A stretch of DNA of 63,829 bases, counting the filler, from Platydemus manokwari (taxonomy: Eukaryota): assembly GCA_037951405.1 (NCBI GenBank). It is 6 parts of 6 records of this genome, joined end to end, with 100 filler letters (N's around TTAATTAATTAA, not from the genome) between each part and the next. Parts side by side here need not be neighbours in the genome. Positions count along the whole stretch, not along the records: positions 41,162 to 54,597 come from JBBMOY011725842.1; positions 54,698 to 63,829 come from JBBMOY011295095.1; 4 more parts are not named here. One strand, given 5' to 3'. Numbering within the stretch: the stretch's first letter is position 1; each line of letters begins with the position of its first letter. The position numbers were made by a program, and so were the translations under genes. Shown here piece after piece: positions 50,779-63,117 of this stretch. The notes beneath the pieces are model-generated. The model searched no databases and was not told where the DNA came from. It saw only the letters and a list, made by a program, of their open reading frames with translations.

Positions 50779-52908
50779 AATTGAATAAAAATGAGTTTTC
50801 TTTTAATATTGAAAGAAATGCGTATGATTTTTAAATAAATAAATTTTAATGGAAGTAACTGATGTTTTAACTGGCGACCACGCCTAAATAAAAGCCGCTA
50901 CTAGAGCCAAAAGTAAAGAGAGGAAGAAAGTTTTTGCGAATCTGCCCCAAAAAACTCAGGAGTTACTTATTCCGAAGCCGCTATTTTTCGATTCATCAAT
51001 CCAAGATGCTGGAAAATGATTTCAAACAGCTGTGGCAAGAATTCAGTAGTTTTAAAGAATCTGTCTCAAATGAAGAGATAGAGAAATGGTTTTTGGAAAC
51101 TTTCTCGCATACCAAAACAGTGTACGACAAGTTTCAAGATTTGACAGCAATACAACAAAGACCAGATGAAAAATATTGCAGTTTTAAACTTCGAGTAAAG
51201 AAGTTGGTTTCGGAGTTGCTTGACAAGAAAAAGACTCTTGAAGAAATTTCAAGACTATTTATTCTTCAAGGTCTAAATAGAAAGAAAACAAAATAGTCCT
51301 TTACTCTTGACCCTGCAATGCCCGACGATAGAAGAAGAGAGCTGGCTGTCTATTTAGAGAAGTTAACTCTGACGAAGCTGATAAACACCATCAAAAAAAC
51401 ATATGCTTAGTAAGTATTTCAAAGTGACCCAAAAAAGACCTTTCAGAAAGAGACTTCGTTCAAAAACCCAAGTCCAATCGTGAAAGAAAGAGATTTGCAA
51501 ACTTATCCGTATTCAATTTCAAACTTCAATATTGGAAGGGACCAGATCATGGAATTACGGAGAGACTCTCAAGGATAGGCGAAACATTTTGTACACAGTG
51601 CCTAACTCAGTACCAGGAGGCTAAAGAAGGTAACCAAAAAGCCGGTTTATTAATGTTATCGAGTATTCAATTGCTAATAATGACGAATCAAGGAAGATTC
51701 AGAAGAAGATTTTGTCTTTGGTTCCATTCGAAAATGGTTACAAAAAACGGAAACAGGACTCAATTCAGCGGTCATAAAAGCAAATATTTAAACAGTTTAA
51801 AGAAATACGAATTGTTTGAAAATATGGTAGTGTATAATGAGAATGAAAAGAAGCGAATTGTTGTGCTAAATTAACGAGTAACCTTCATGAGGACTTGTGC
51901 CATCTCGGTAATAAAAAATTGGTTGATTGTATTCAAAAGATATCACGGAATTGTGATATTTGTGCTAGACGGAAGGTATACAGTGGACGGACTAGATAAA
52001 TTATGATTTCAAGGGAAGAGTTTGGTCCTCTGGAACAGATCGTTGTTGATGTTGCTCACTTTTGGGAATTTATGACTAAAACAAAAAATTTTTTGGTTAT
52101 TGTAGATAGATTCAGTAAGTTGGTCAGCTTGGAGCCACTTATTTGACAAGATGAAACAAGTATTTCCAAGCCTATCATCAATAATTGGATCTATAGATAT
52201 TGTGCTCCAAAATTAATGTTCACTGATCGGAGTAGATTCTTCGAGGGTAGATAAATGAAGGAATCAGTGACACGTTTTTGAATAAAGCAAGAATTTATCT
52301 CCCAATACCAACATCAGGTAAATGGTTTAGCTGAAAGGATTATTAGGACAGTCCGAGACCTGGTGGTAACAACGATGGCATCAGAAAAACAGGCTTGAAA
52401 TAAATTAATACCTCGGGTAGAATTTACCATCAATGCAACATATCAGAGGTCAATTCAACATTCTCTTTGTAAAATATTATATGGACGAAGAATTTATATA
52501 GATGGGTTACGACTAAATGAACCAAGCCACCACGGCCAGATCATCAAAGAAACTGAAAACCAGCTAAAACCAGTAGCCACAAACTTAAGGAAATTTGATG
52601 CTTAAAAAGAGATTGTAGAATTTTCGCGGTTGGAGAAGAAGTTTTAGTGAAGAGAGAACCACACAATATAAAGAAGAACGGAGATCGTTATGAAGGTTGT
52701 CACAGAATTTTGAAATTTTTAAGCACACATCAAGTGCTTCTTGATTTCCATGGACAGCCAAAACCTTGAAGAATTGAGTGGCTAAAAAGGATCTCAAAAA
52801 CAACAGAGGAGGGAAGTTAGATAAAAATGAGTTTTGTTTTAATATTGAAAGAAATGCGTGTGATTTTAAAATAAATAAATTTTAATGGAAGCAACTGATG
52901 TTTTAGCA
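50779..52908 (+). mobile_element. Ty3/Gypsy-type non-autonomous LTR element (2130 bp): 94-bp LTRs, gag and integrase relics, no PR/RT/RNaseH seen
   Basis: LTRs at 50779-50872 and 52815-52908 (~9 mismatches in 94). PBS TGGCGACCACG and PPT agaggaggga (52805-52814). Gag-like ORF 50934-51296 (QQRPDEKYCSFKLRVKKLV). Confidence 0.88.
51886..52490 (+). pseudogene. Retroviral-type integrase (HHCC plus D,D(35)E) with in-frame stops
   Basis: HEDLCHLG…CDIC zinc finger, then one frame reading PLEQIVVD…LVIVDRFSK…PKLMFTDR…NGLAERIIRTV with exactly 35 residues between D and E. Four stop codons interrupt the core. Confidence 0.9.
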
Positions 52909-54597
52909 GTACAATATGTAAGTGCAAAATTTAATGATAGCAATTTTCAATAAGTTATTTGATTTGAATTTAATTTATTTCATTATTCCATTAATTTATT
53001 TGTTGTTTATTCTTAAAACTTTCTGAAAGTCATTGAAAGAAAATGGAACCAATATTTTTAATAAAATAATAGGCGATAAATTAATAAACAAAGTAGTTAA
53101 TTTTAATATAAGACGGCATTAAAAAATTGAGTAATTTATACCATAAAGCGGTGCCTCACATTATAGTAAAAATACAATATTAAAATTAAATTACGGACGA
53201 TTAATCAAGAAAATAGTAAGCACTCAAGCTTAAAAGCTATCATAAAATGAATCTATCTAACCAACAGAGACACATAATCAATAGCTACTTTTTATATCCA
53301 TTCGTTCTAGGAAATATCTAGGAAAAATAACTCAAATCAAGAATCATACTGAGAATCAAGACACAAATCAAATAAAGTTGTTCAAATTATAAATAAACCT
53401 ATAATATATTGTTTTATTCTAACTATGTTAGCGATCACCTTTCTGCAAGCTATACACTGTTTTAACGATTTATTTTCACTCTGAATACTACTTTATCTAA
53501 ATGTATAATATTAACAAGCACTCCCATACTTTTCTCAATAGTGATCTAGGGGACATCGAATAATCGATGCACACATTTTGCTTTCTAACAAATATTTCTT
53601 TCCGTTCTGTTTATTCTAGTTTTTTCCCAATATGCATTTATATTCTATTCTGATTCATTGTTTTTGATTATTATGGTTATTATTGTTGTTATTATAAGCT
53701 CAATTCACCATTCATACGATTATCAATAGCGTTATGAAAGCAACACGAAAACAATTAAGCCAACAAGTTCTCATTTTCAGTCAACTAGTCCTTAACCTAA
53801 GTTTGAATCGGACAGTTCAGCAAGCCAAACAATCCCGACAAATCCAGATTCCGGGCTCAAACCACATGGAAAGTGGACCAAGATATTTGAAATTTGAATT
53901 CGAGTTTTATGTGTATGGCAATTATTATTTGATTCTATAACTGTCAAATAATCTTGCAACTTTTTCTGATTTTTTGTTAAAATTGTTCATTATTTGACTT
54001 TGATTTTGTAAAATGACTTTATTATTTAATTTTGTCATTTATGATTTTGTTTTGTTTTTGTATTTTTTATATTATTTGATAATTACTTGGAAAAGATTTT
54101 AAAAAATCTATAATGGTAAAAATATTATAATATATTTTTAATGTAGGCATCTATAAAAATCAAAAAGAATTATTCAGCATAAGAATAAATAGAATTTAAT
54201 AATTGAACGAAAATTAAAATGGATAATCAAATTCTATCAGATAAAGAAAAACAAATAGTAAATAGAATATTCTTAATAATCACCAAAGAAAAGACTATAC
54301 AAACAGTTTAGAAAATAACTACACGAAAATTGTCATGTTATTGAAATCGTTTAAACCAATACAAATGTGTTATCCGATGAGAAAATTCTTATATGATTTC
54401 AAAAACTATTGTAAGATTATCCTAATAATCAAATACATAATTTGACTCAATCAAGTTGATATAACAAAAGCCCATTGCATATAATAAGCCTAGCGTTTAT
54501 TTTTCTAATCCATGCAACCTAATAGCCCAATGGTTTATTTTATTAATACATTCGATAAAATAAGCCTTGTTTGCTAGTTCATTATTACAACAAAAGG

Positions 54598-54697
54598 NNN
54601 NNNNNNNNNNNNNNNNNNNNNNNNNNNNNNNNNNNNNNNNNTTAATTAATTAANNNNNNNNNNNNNNNNNNNNNNNNNNNNNNNNNNNNNNNNNNNN
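54598..54697. other. Artificial contig linker
   Basis: N44-TTAATTAATTAA-N44. Confidence 0.98.
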
Positions 54698-55073
54698 TAG
54701 AAATTAATAAAGTATTTTTTTATTATGCTATTTTGTTCTTTTAAACTGAATCTCTAATTCATCATCATCATTTTTATTTTCAAATGAATCAGATAAAGAA
54801 GAAATATTATTAGATGATTCCTTATCTGATAATATATTTATAGTTTTGTTTTCTTGTGATTTTTTATAATAATTAAGTATATTATAAATATTGTTATTAA
54901 TTATATTATCAGTTGTATGAGGTTTATAAATTAAATTATGAATTTGCTGACTTGTAAAAATGTTGATCATGAGCTATCAAATTCTGAAACAAGCTGAGAA
55001 AAATTAAATGAACCTAATTAATAAAATGTCCTGAGATATTATTATAATTTATTATAATATTAATAGATTACAA

Positions 55074-55617
55074 TGTTGGTAAGATCACAAATCAACCAAA
55101 AAATGTACAGAGATCAAGCAAATAACCCAAAAATGGTCAACACGCAAAGATCCGATAAACGGATGTCCTATCATCCAATCGGATTTGTTCTAATATTAAT
55201 CCATATTTAGAAGTTAAGAATCGACAGGTCTATACCTACAAATGGCAGTGGCATAAGAGATATGAGGCAAATTGCAAGAAGACCGATCTAGGAACGAATT
55301 CAGCAAATGAAAAATGAAAATCCGTGACATCAAGGAGACACACTCAATAGGTCTATAAAAGAGGTTGATTTCCATGAATAATTGCCAGTCTTGTTTGGTT
55401 GGTAACTCGGGTATTATTCTTAACTTTGTGTGATTTTCAGCAACCAGTCTTTTTGGTTGTTTTCTATTCTGTGTTTGACTTTTGGATGCTAATCCCATCT
55501 ATTTTGATAGACTATTATTAAATTGTAAGGAGGTTTAACTATAATTATTATGATTGATCTTGTAAAATTTTAGTTAATATAATTTTCAGGTTAAATTTTT
55601 GATTATAATACTCAACA
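55074..55617 (+). mobile_element. Solo LTR, family A
   Basis: TGTTG…CAACA termini with a near-TSD (acaa/acga). Homologous to 6221-6761. Confidence 0.78.
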
Positions 55618-55961
55618 ACGAAATGAGTAAAACTTTGCTCTAATAAAACTATTTTTAAGAATTTTGAAGAATTATTCTTTTAATATAAGTACTTTTAAAA
55701 TGTTTTCTTCACCATTTCTTTATTGAAATAAGCCACCTGGTTTTTTAATCAACAACAGAGAGAAATAATACCGAAGGAAAGAACCCAACGAGAACCTGAA
55801 AATGATACTCCAACTTGTTTTCGATTTTTGGCAGTTCAAAAAACAACTATTTTGTGAACATTCACTACTTCTTATAAACATCTAACTACAGCCATAAAAG
55901 TCCTTTGCTTGAAATGTTTGTCTCGTGTCACGTAGATTATTCAGTATTATTTCGTTTTTGT

Positions 55962-56372
55962 TGTTAAGTAAAGATAAAATCACACAAAGAAACATTATTT
56001 TTCACCTTGAAACCCTTTATTTAGCACCTTAAGCATTTCCATACCTACACAATTATAAAGGCATAGAAACCAGCCAATCAGAGAGGACTTAAATACAAGA
56101 TTCCTATAGAAATGAACATGAGTAAACCGTAACACATCAAACCAGAGCTCACAGAATCAATAAATTCAATTAGAACCTGAGAAATTAAAGATCGAATTAA
56201 AACATGATACACAAATCTCAAATATAAATACCGATGTGAAGATTGCCAACTGCCATTTTTATTTGATTTATGGAGCTTTAGAGTCGTTGAATTTTAAATT
56301 TTTTATGTACTTAGAGATTAGTACTATTCAGTGAAATAAAAATTGCGACCGTCAATTCTTTTGGACCCAAAA
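55962..56372. mobile_element. LTR, family B copy
   Basis: Homologous to 9823-10290, from tgtt.agtaaaga to attctt.tgga.ccaa. Confidence 0.65.
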
Positions 56373-57543
56373 AAGGTTTATTTCTCTCTAATATCCCACA
56401 ATACGGTGCCTGTAGCTTTAGAGATTGTTCATAATTTTTAGTTTGGTTTCAAAGATTTTTCAAGAATTTTCTATCAGGAAGATCCGTTTAATTGACTCAC
56501 TATTTTTTTAAATTACTTACTAGTTCTCTACTTTTTTGTTGGCTCCTTAAAGTGAAATCCTAAAGACTCTTGTATTTTACAACCTTTCAATCTAAGAAGT
56601 ACATTGAAGAGTAATAATTCCTATTATTGTCATCTTATTTTTTATCGAAAAACTTTTTATCTAAATTCCCAACTTGGTATCTTTCATTAGATCTTTTTCC
56701 TCGTAATGACAATTCTTGGATTTTGTCGCTATCTGTTCTCATATCTGTTAATGTGTAGGAAATCACATAAATATTTCTTTATTTCAATTTCGGCTGGTTT
56801 TGTTTTTTGCTCCTGTATCGGTATTAATTACAGGGCAGTTGCCATAAATATTACTCGTTCTTTAAAGGTTTTGCTCAATTAAATCAGTTATGGCGAATCG
56901 CCAACCATAAGAACATTGCAATCGGTAGAAAGGCTTCTAACTCATATTAATATTATAGTTATAGAGACATTTTTGAATTTTATTTTGAATCACGAAACCA
57001 TCTCAACAAGTTGATATTGATTTAGATTATTTTTAGATTGCTTTAGATCCGAAAATCAAAGCAGATAAGTAATTTTTGTGATTATTGAAAAAACCAAAAC
57101 AAACATATCATTATACACGGTCAATAATATGAAATTTTATAAAAAAAATTTATAGCTATATATAATACCAAATCGATTGAATTTATAATTAATGATCGTC
57201 ATGGCTGAGAAGTTTATATCGTGAAGTTCGAATCTGAAAGCAATTAAAATCCAGTTTTATAATTCCAAAATAACAGTTCATACAAATTTATTAATAATAC
57301 ACCACCCAGAAAATTTAAATCCAAGTTACTGAGAAAAACAAAAGTACCGAAACTCAAATGTTGAATCACAGTGGTTACACCATTGAAACAATAAAAATAA
57401 CAAAAAATTATGACTATAAAATACTGATAGTTGTTCTCGAGAGTCCACATTTTTTATAGACGTTTTTTGGCCTTTGACCGGTTACCTTGCAGTTTTTATT
57501 TTAGTCCGTTAGAACCGGTTGACAAATTTCTTTCTATCTAGTA

Positions 57544-57786
57544 TGAAGATGCAAAAATTTATTACAAAACATAAAGATTTCTCGTTTGATACTCAAAGTT
57601 AGAAATTCTGGTTTTCATAGTCAAAATCCTCTAAGTCATAGTCAATTTTCACCGGCACGAATATGCTCACTGTGTACTTTCCTTTAGTCTAATTTTCTCG
57701 GCCCGCAATCATCAGTACTTCACCAATTACAAGGCAATAATCTGAAAAAACAGAATATACTTATGAAACAATAATAAAACTCATCT
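57544..57786 (+). repeat. Dispersed ~240-bp repeat, copy 2
   Basis: Colinear with 48107-48346. Confidence 0.85.
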
Positions 57787-58784
57787 CCAATGATCTTTTT
57801 TGGTTATTTAAATGTGTGTTGCCTTTGGTTGATGTGCAATAAAAATCTAATCATGGATTGATAATTTGAAGACATTTGATTGGCTTCTAGCACTTTGTTT
57901 ATCATGTTTGTGTGTATCGACCATTCGAAGAATATTCTCATGGTTTTCATAGATATTTTTGATGGATTTCATCACACACTCCATACGATGGATCGTGATC
58001 ATTGGTCACACATAAATAAATGTTTTTTCAATCACGGAAATTCTTATATATTTGGAAACATTTATTTAAATCCTTATCAATTAAAGCAGATCTTTATTTC
58101 ATTAATTTTACTTGGGAATAGGTTAATTGGAATAAAATTATTGTTCACCCATAATAGACATTATTCTCGTCTTTCATATAGGTTCTGACAAAGTCGTTTA
58201 TTTGATTTAAATATTGTATAAGATAATTTGTAACATTTTTAAAGTAAAAATTCTTATGAAATTGAGCTCGAAATTCATTAAAGATAAAATAGGTGCTGTT
58301 ACTTCATAAAAATTGAACGAAAAATGAAATTAAACAATATCACATTGTTATCATTACCATTGTTGATAATAAAATATAAATTAATTTATTAACATTGTCG
58401 AATAATCAATGGACAACTCGATGTAAAATCAGACTTATGGGATAAGCACAACAAATGAAACACTGAAAACAAACTCATAAATTCACTAACAGCAATCTAA
58501 ACAAATATTTATTCACGAAAAAAAGATTCAAAAGGAATTTCAACGAAATAACAGTTGGTGATTTTGTTATTGATTGAATTTAATAATGAAATACTTGACA
58601 GTTTCCCCCAAACATTAGAGGGAGAGAAAGAAAACAAATCATTACTCTCATAATAGTCTAAACTCAGGAAACTATTCGACATTAAAATCTGGTATAAATA
58701 ACTATCGTTATCCAGTTTAATCAATTAATTCTGGATATAAAAGTCTCTCACAACTTGCATTATGTTTGTCATTTTTGCTATCTC

Positions 58785-61025
58785 ATGATTATTAGACGAA
58801 TTATCAGATCAATCGTTTTATTAATATATTCAATTGAAATCAACTTATCGATCATTGAAGATGGCAAATGTATTGGATCTGGTGAACATTGTAATTGTGA
58901 TCGAATGTGTACAATTTATGGTGATTGTTGCAACAACTCACAGCCCACTTCATCGATTGCGAAGATTGCTTCGTGTCAAGAAGGTTATTACGTCATTGAT
59001 AAATGTGATGGCAGTGTTACCAATATGGAATGGAAAGGATTTTGTGAAGACAACCGAGAACTGAATGTTACTTTGTTGATATTCCATGTGCCTGTCTATG
59101 GTCTTTATGATAAAATATCTCTGGTGTACAAAAATGTGTTTTGTGCCTTCTGTAATTTTCAAAAGGAATATGTGTTCGCCAATGTAACCAATGGTAACAA
59201 TTACACCCATATTGAATTTGAGATTCCGGAATCCTTTAAACGGGTTTGTCATGAGAATATTGTCGAAACATGTCCGAACAATTCCAAGAATGTGTACAAG
59301 CTTTTGTGTCAGGAGGAAGCTGTATTTTACATCGTAGACAGTGAAATAAGTAGAAAAACCGTTTATCGCAATCCATATTGTTATTTATGTCACAGAAACA
59401 TTTCGTTTTTGATTTATGAAATTGCTTTGACATTTCCGAACAATATTTTTGGCATCGATTTCAATAAATCACATCTTGACAATTATCATGCTCTAATCGA
59501 AACGTTGAGATTCAATCAATCAATGTTGGAAAATAGTTCAGTCATTTCCTCATGTTCTGAAAATGGATCTTTGTCGATACTGGAAACCATGGAAACGAAT
59601 AATATCACTCGATTGATGTTTAACATTCCAATATTCACATCATTCGACAACACTACACAATTCAATCAAACCAATGTTTGTTTAGCCTGTCAAGGAAAAA
59701 ACCGATTGAAAGTCACAACCAGTAGATATAATCAAAATACAGACACCGGATCAGAAGTAGATCAAAACAATACTTCTATACATTGGCATTTCGATATTCC
59801 AAACATTTTCAAACGTATTTGTTTCCAAAAGATAATCGCAACCTGTTCTCGACATTCAAAAGCGACATACAAAACTATGTGCGTTCAGGAACCGACATTC
59901 TACGTTTTTGAAAGAGATTCATATGTATATCGAAATATATATTGCTTTCTGTGCAACAGGAAAATATCCCAAAAGCCCAGTAAAACAGTTAGAACTCTGC
60001 CGATCAATATTGCAGCCATCGATTTCAATCGGTGGTGTCACAGAGATTGTCATGCTTTGTTGAGAGCTTTCAAAAATAATCAAAGTATTTTGAGAAAATT
60101 CTCAAATCTTTTCACGTATAATAGTAGAACGAAGATTTTAAGAGTTTATAGAATTATATTTATGATACCAAGAGCAATGTCAATGATAAGTTTAGTGTGT
60201 ATTTTATTTATATATGGTTGTATAGAGGATGAACAAAATCTGGCATCGAAAATTACAATATGTTTGGCACTGTCGTTGTTTTTACTAACAATATCGAATA
60301 CCGTCTATAGCTATGTGGAAAACCCTTCAAACCGATTTTGCTTTGTCTTTTCAATCGTTCACCATTACTGTTTTCTCAGTTCGTTCGTGTGGATGTCGAT
60401 ATTTGCAATTGATGTTTATCGATCTCTCACTTCACAATGTGTCACCAGCACAAGATCTTTCTCGATATTTGCGAGTACCAAATTGAGAGTATACATTCTC
60501 ATTGGTTATGTTGTTCCATTCATATTCACCATGACAGCATTGATCATTCAATTGATGAATGAAAACAATATTCTGAGTGCAGGTTTCGGAGAGAGAGAAT
60601 GTTCTATTAATCGTTTAATTGGAGGTTTGATTTGGTTGTTTATTCCTCTGTGTATCTGTCTGATGACAAATATTATTGTATGTATTTGTTTATATCGATT
60701 CATATATGTGGCTAATCAGCAGACGGCTATCGCAACAAATACCTTGCAATGCCGGAAGCAAGGTTTTATTATATGTATAAAACTATCGATTTTATTTGGC
60801 ATAACATGGCTGCCTGCTTTTATTGGTATTTTTCTGAATAATTATATTTTGAAATTCATTGGTGGCGTTTTCAGTAGTTTACAAGGCATGGTATTTTCCC
60901 TCTGTTTTATCCTAGGAATTAAAACCCGCCGAAACACATATCAGTATTTCAGAAGAATCACAAATAGTATTTCAACTATGACATTTCAAAAATCACTGAG
61001 ATATTCAGAAGAATCAGATCTGTAA
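58785..61025 (+). CDS. Intronless class-B (adhesion/secretin/Methuselah-like) GPCR with a somatomedin-B-like domain and Cys-rich repeats
   Basis: ATG at 58785 with a signal-like N-terminus. SMB-like CNCDRMCTIYGDCC and repeated Y(K/R)NxxCxxC motifs. 7TM_2 motifs QNLASKITICLALSL, HYCFLSSFVWMSIFAID, KLSILFGITW, SSLQG. Confidence 0.9.
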   Translation: MIIRRIIRSIVLLIYSIEINLSIIEDGKCIGSGEHCNCDRMCTIYGDCCNNSQPTSSIAKIASCQEGYYVIDKCDGSVTNMEWKGFCEDNRELNVTLLIFHVPVYGLYDKISLVYKNVFCAFCNFQKEYVFANVTNGNNYTHIEFEIPESFKRVCHENIVETCPNNSKNVYKLLCQEEAVFYIVDSEISRKTVYRNPYCYLCHRNISFLIYEIALTFPNNIFGIDFNKSHLDNYHALIETLRFNQSMLENSSVISSCSENGSLSILETMETNNITRLMFNIPIFTSFDNTTQFNQTNVCLACQGKNRLKVTTSRYNQNTDTGSEVDQNNTSIHWHFDIPNIFKRICFQKIIATCSRHSKATYKTMCVQEPTFYVFERDSYVYRNIYCFLCNRKISQKPSKTVRTLPINIAAIDFNRWCHRDCHALLRAFKNNQSILRKFSNLFTYNSRTKILRVYRIIFMIPRAMSMISLVCILFIYGCIEDEQNLASKITICLALSLFLLTISNTVYSYVENPSNRFCFVFSIVHHYCFLSSFVWMSIFAIDVYRSLTSQCVTSTRSFSIFASTKLRVYILIGYVVPFIFTMTALIIQLMNENNILSAGFGERECSINRLIGGLIWLFIPLCICLMTNIIVCICLYRFIYVANQQTAIATNTLQCRKQGFIICIKLSILFGITWLPAFIGIFLNNYILKFIGGVFSSLQGMVFSLCFILGIKTRRNTYQYFRRITNSISTMTFQKSLRYSEESDL

Positions 61026-63117
61026 ATGTTTTCCTTTCGATGTTATTTATGAGCGATATTTTTGTGTTGATTTTTTTGTTTCTCATTTGATATATTATCT
61101 ATCGTAAAATGTGTTAACCTGTTATTATATTATCCATAAACATCTCGTAGTGGTGATTTCAGAAAATAGTGGCTAAAATTTTAAATTCTATTTATTGATA
61201 ATTCTTTTGCTCTAATCATGATCATCACGATTTTAAATTTTTAAATTTATCCATTCAATGTATTATTTAATAAATAATTATCACTTATGTTTTTTTTATG
61301 TTTTGTATTCGTTTAGATCATATCAGATATCAATCAAACATACTTTATTATTTTTATTTTTTAGAAATTTTAATTAAATAATTAAAATAATAAATAATTA
61401 AATTAATCTCTTTATTAGTCTCATCTTTAACCAACATTCGACATCAATATTTTTAATATTTAAAATTTACAGATGGCACCGAAAATGTTTGGCACGTCTT
61501 GACACGTCCAATATCAGAATATAGGTTTTATTAATATTATTGGCTGTTATTATTTTATTATTTTTTTGCAAATATTTTTCTTTTATCATTATCATTGTTT
61601 ATGGAAGGCGATAAACTGCATCTGATTTGTCAAAAATGATTTATTAGATTGTGTTTGTTCTAGATTATTGATTTGATCTTAAATGGCTTGAAACAGTTTA
61701 ATGTGGAGCTATTAGAATTTCAAATTTCGATAAGATTCGTTTCATGTGTTAGCTTAGAAGGAAACCGATCATCATTCATCAATCGTTTATTTCATTTACT
61801 AGTTGTAAGCTACTAGTTTAGAAAACACACATTGAAAAATAATTGAAATATCACGACAATTAAATCTTTAAAAATTCGATTCATTTAATTCATACATCAG
61901 TTATCATTTTGTTCAGTTGTCTCTCGGGAAACATGACTCTATTTCTGAAAAATTGAGCTGGTCGTTTTGATAATAGTGTGCACTATATTCAAACCAGGAA
62001 GTAAAAGCTTAGACCAAAACATAGATGATCGAGACATACTGATTGACTGGGTATTATCAATTTTGAAAATATTATCATCTTGAATATCTAAATTACCACG
62101 CCAATTTGAAATACAGAATTCGAACTATGAAATTAATCAACCGTTTTATCTTTCAATTGCTGAACTCGTTTCTTATGTGTAGAGTTGTTTATTGTTTAAT
62201 AAAATCAAGATAATAATTTTTCGGAGCTGTGTTTGTCCCTATTATAATAATTTTATACCATCAGCTAAATAGGCAAATTATAAAACCATAAATTGGTGGG
62301 ATTGAAACACGTGGAAACTTCTTATTTTTGAAAGAAAATTTTCTAAAGAATTTTAAAAAGTATCTAAAGAATTTTAGCTAAACTTGAAATTTTTATCTGT
62401 ATTTGAGATTTTTAAAAACAACATTTTAGTAGACATTGTACAAATTAGAATAACAGGCAATCAATGAAACCTGCCTTAAGAAGATTAATCAAAATTTTGC
62501 AGCTTCAAAATCAACTGTGATTGGCTAAAATTTTATTTATTTCCATATTTAAGTGATAGACAAGGTCAATTCGTTGACATGAGGAAAATAAAAGCGCTGC
62601 AACGATTCTTAAAAATTCATCAACGATTTTCTAATTGTTGTTCTTAAGTGGCAACTATCGAGATTATAGTTTATTTCGCGTCCAATAAATTATTTATCTC
62701 GAATAACACGAATCCATTGCAGTTCTTTTTGGAAGGTTCTAATCAAATTTCTAATTCTCTCAATCGAATTCCTATTTGATACGCAACTTTAGTGATTTAT
62801 TTAAAAGTAAAGACAGATGTTCACAATTCAATTCTAAACTCTTTTAAAATAGTAACGGTATACTTATAATATATAAAATTTTAAAAATTTAAAAATATAA
62901 TTTCAATAATTTCATAACAATAACTATTATTATATTATATTATAGTAACCAATACTTGTAAATAGTTTATAAAAATTTTATAATTATTTTTATCATTGAA
63001 AATCATTTAAAAATTTTAAAAATAAAAATGCCACAAAAATTCAAGAAAAAAATCTAATTATAAAAATAATTTATATGAAAAATTATCGATCGAAATATTG
63101 TTTTAAATCTCCTCGTT

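Noticed and set aside
53734-53940. GC-richer 68-aa ORF or possible terminal exon
   Set aside because: No homology or splice partner identifiable from the sequence alone.
57685-57720. Minus-strand CTGATGA…GAAA hammerhead-like motif
   Set aside because: No proper stem II, and the core is not conserved in the sister copy at ~48250-48290.
40672-61025. Neuropeptide plus GPCR as a linked ligand-receptor system
   Set aside because: They lie on different contigs separated by two artificial linkers, so there is no evidence of linkage or pairing.
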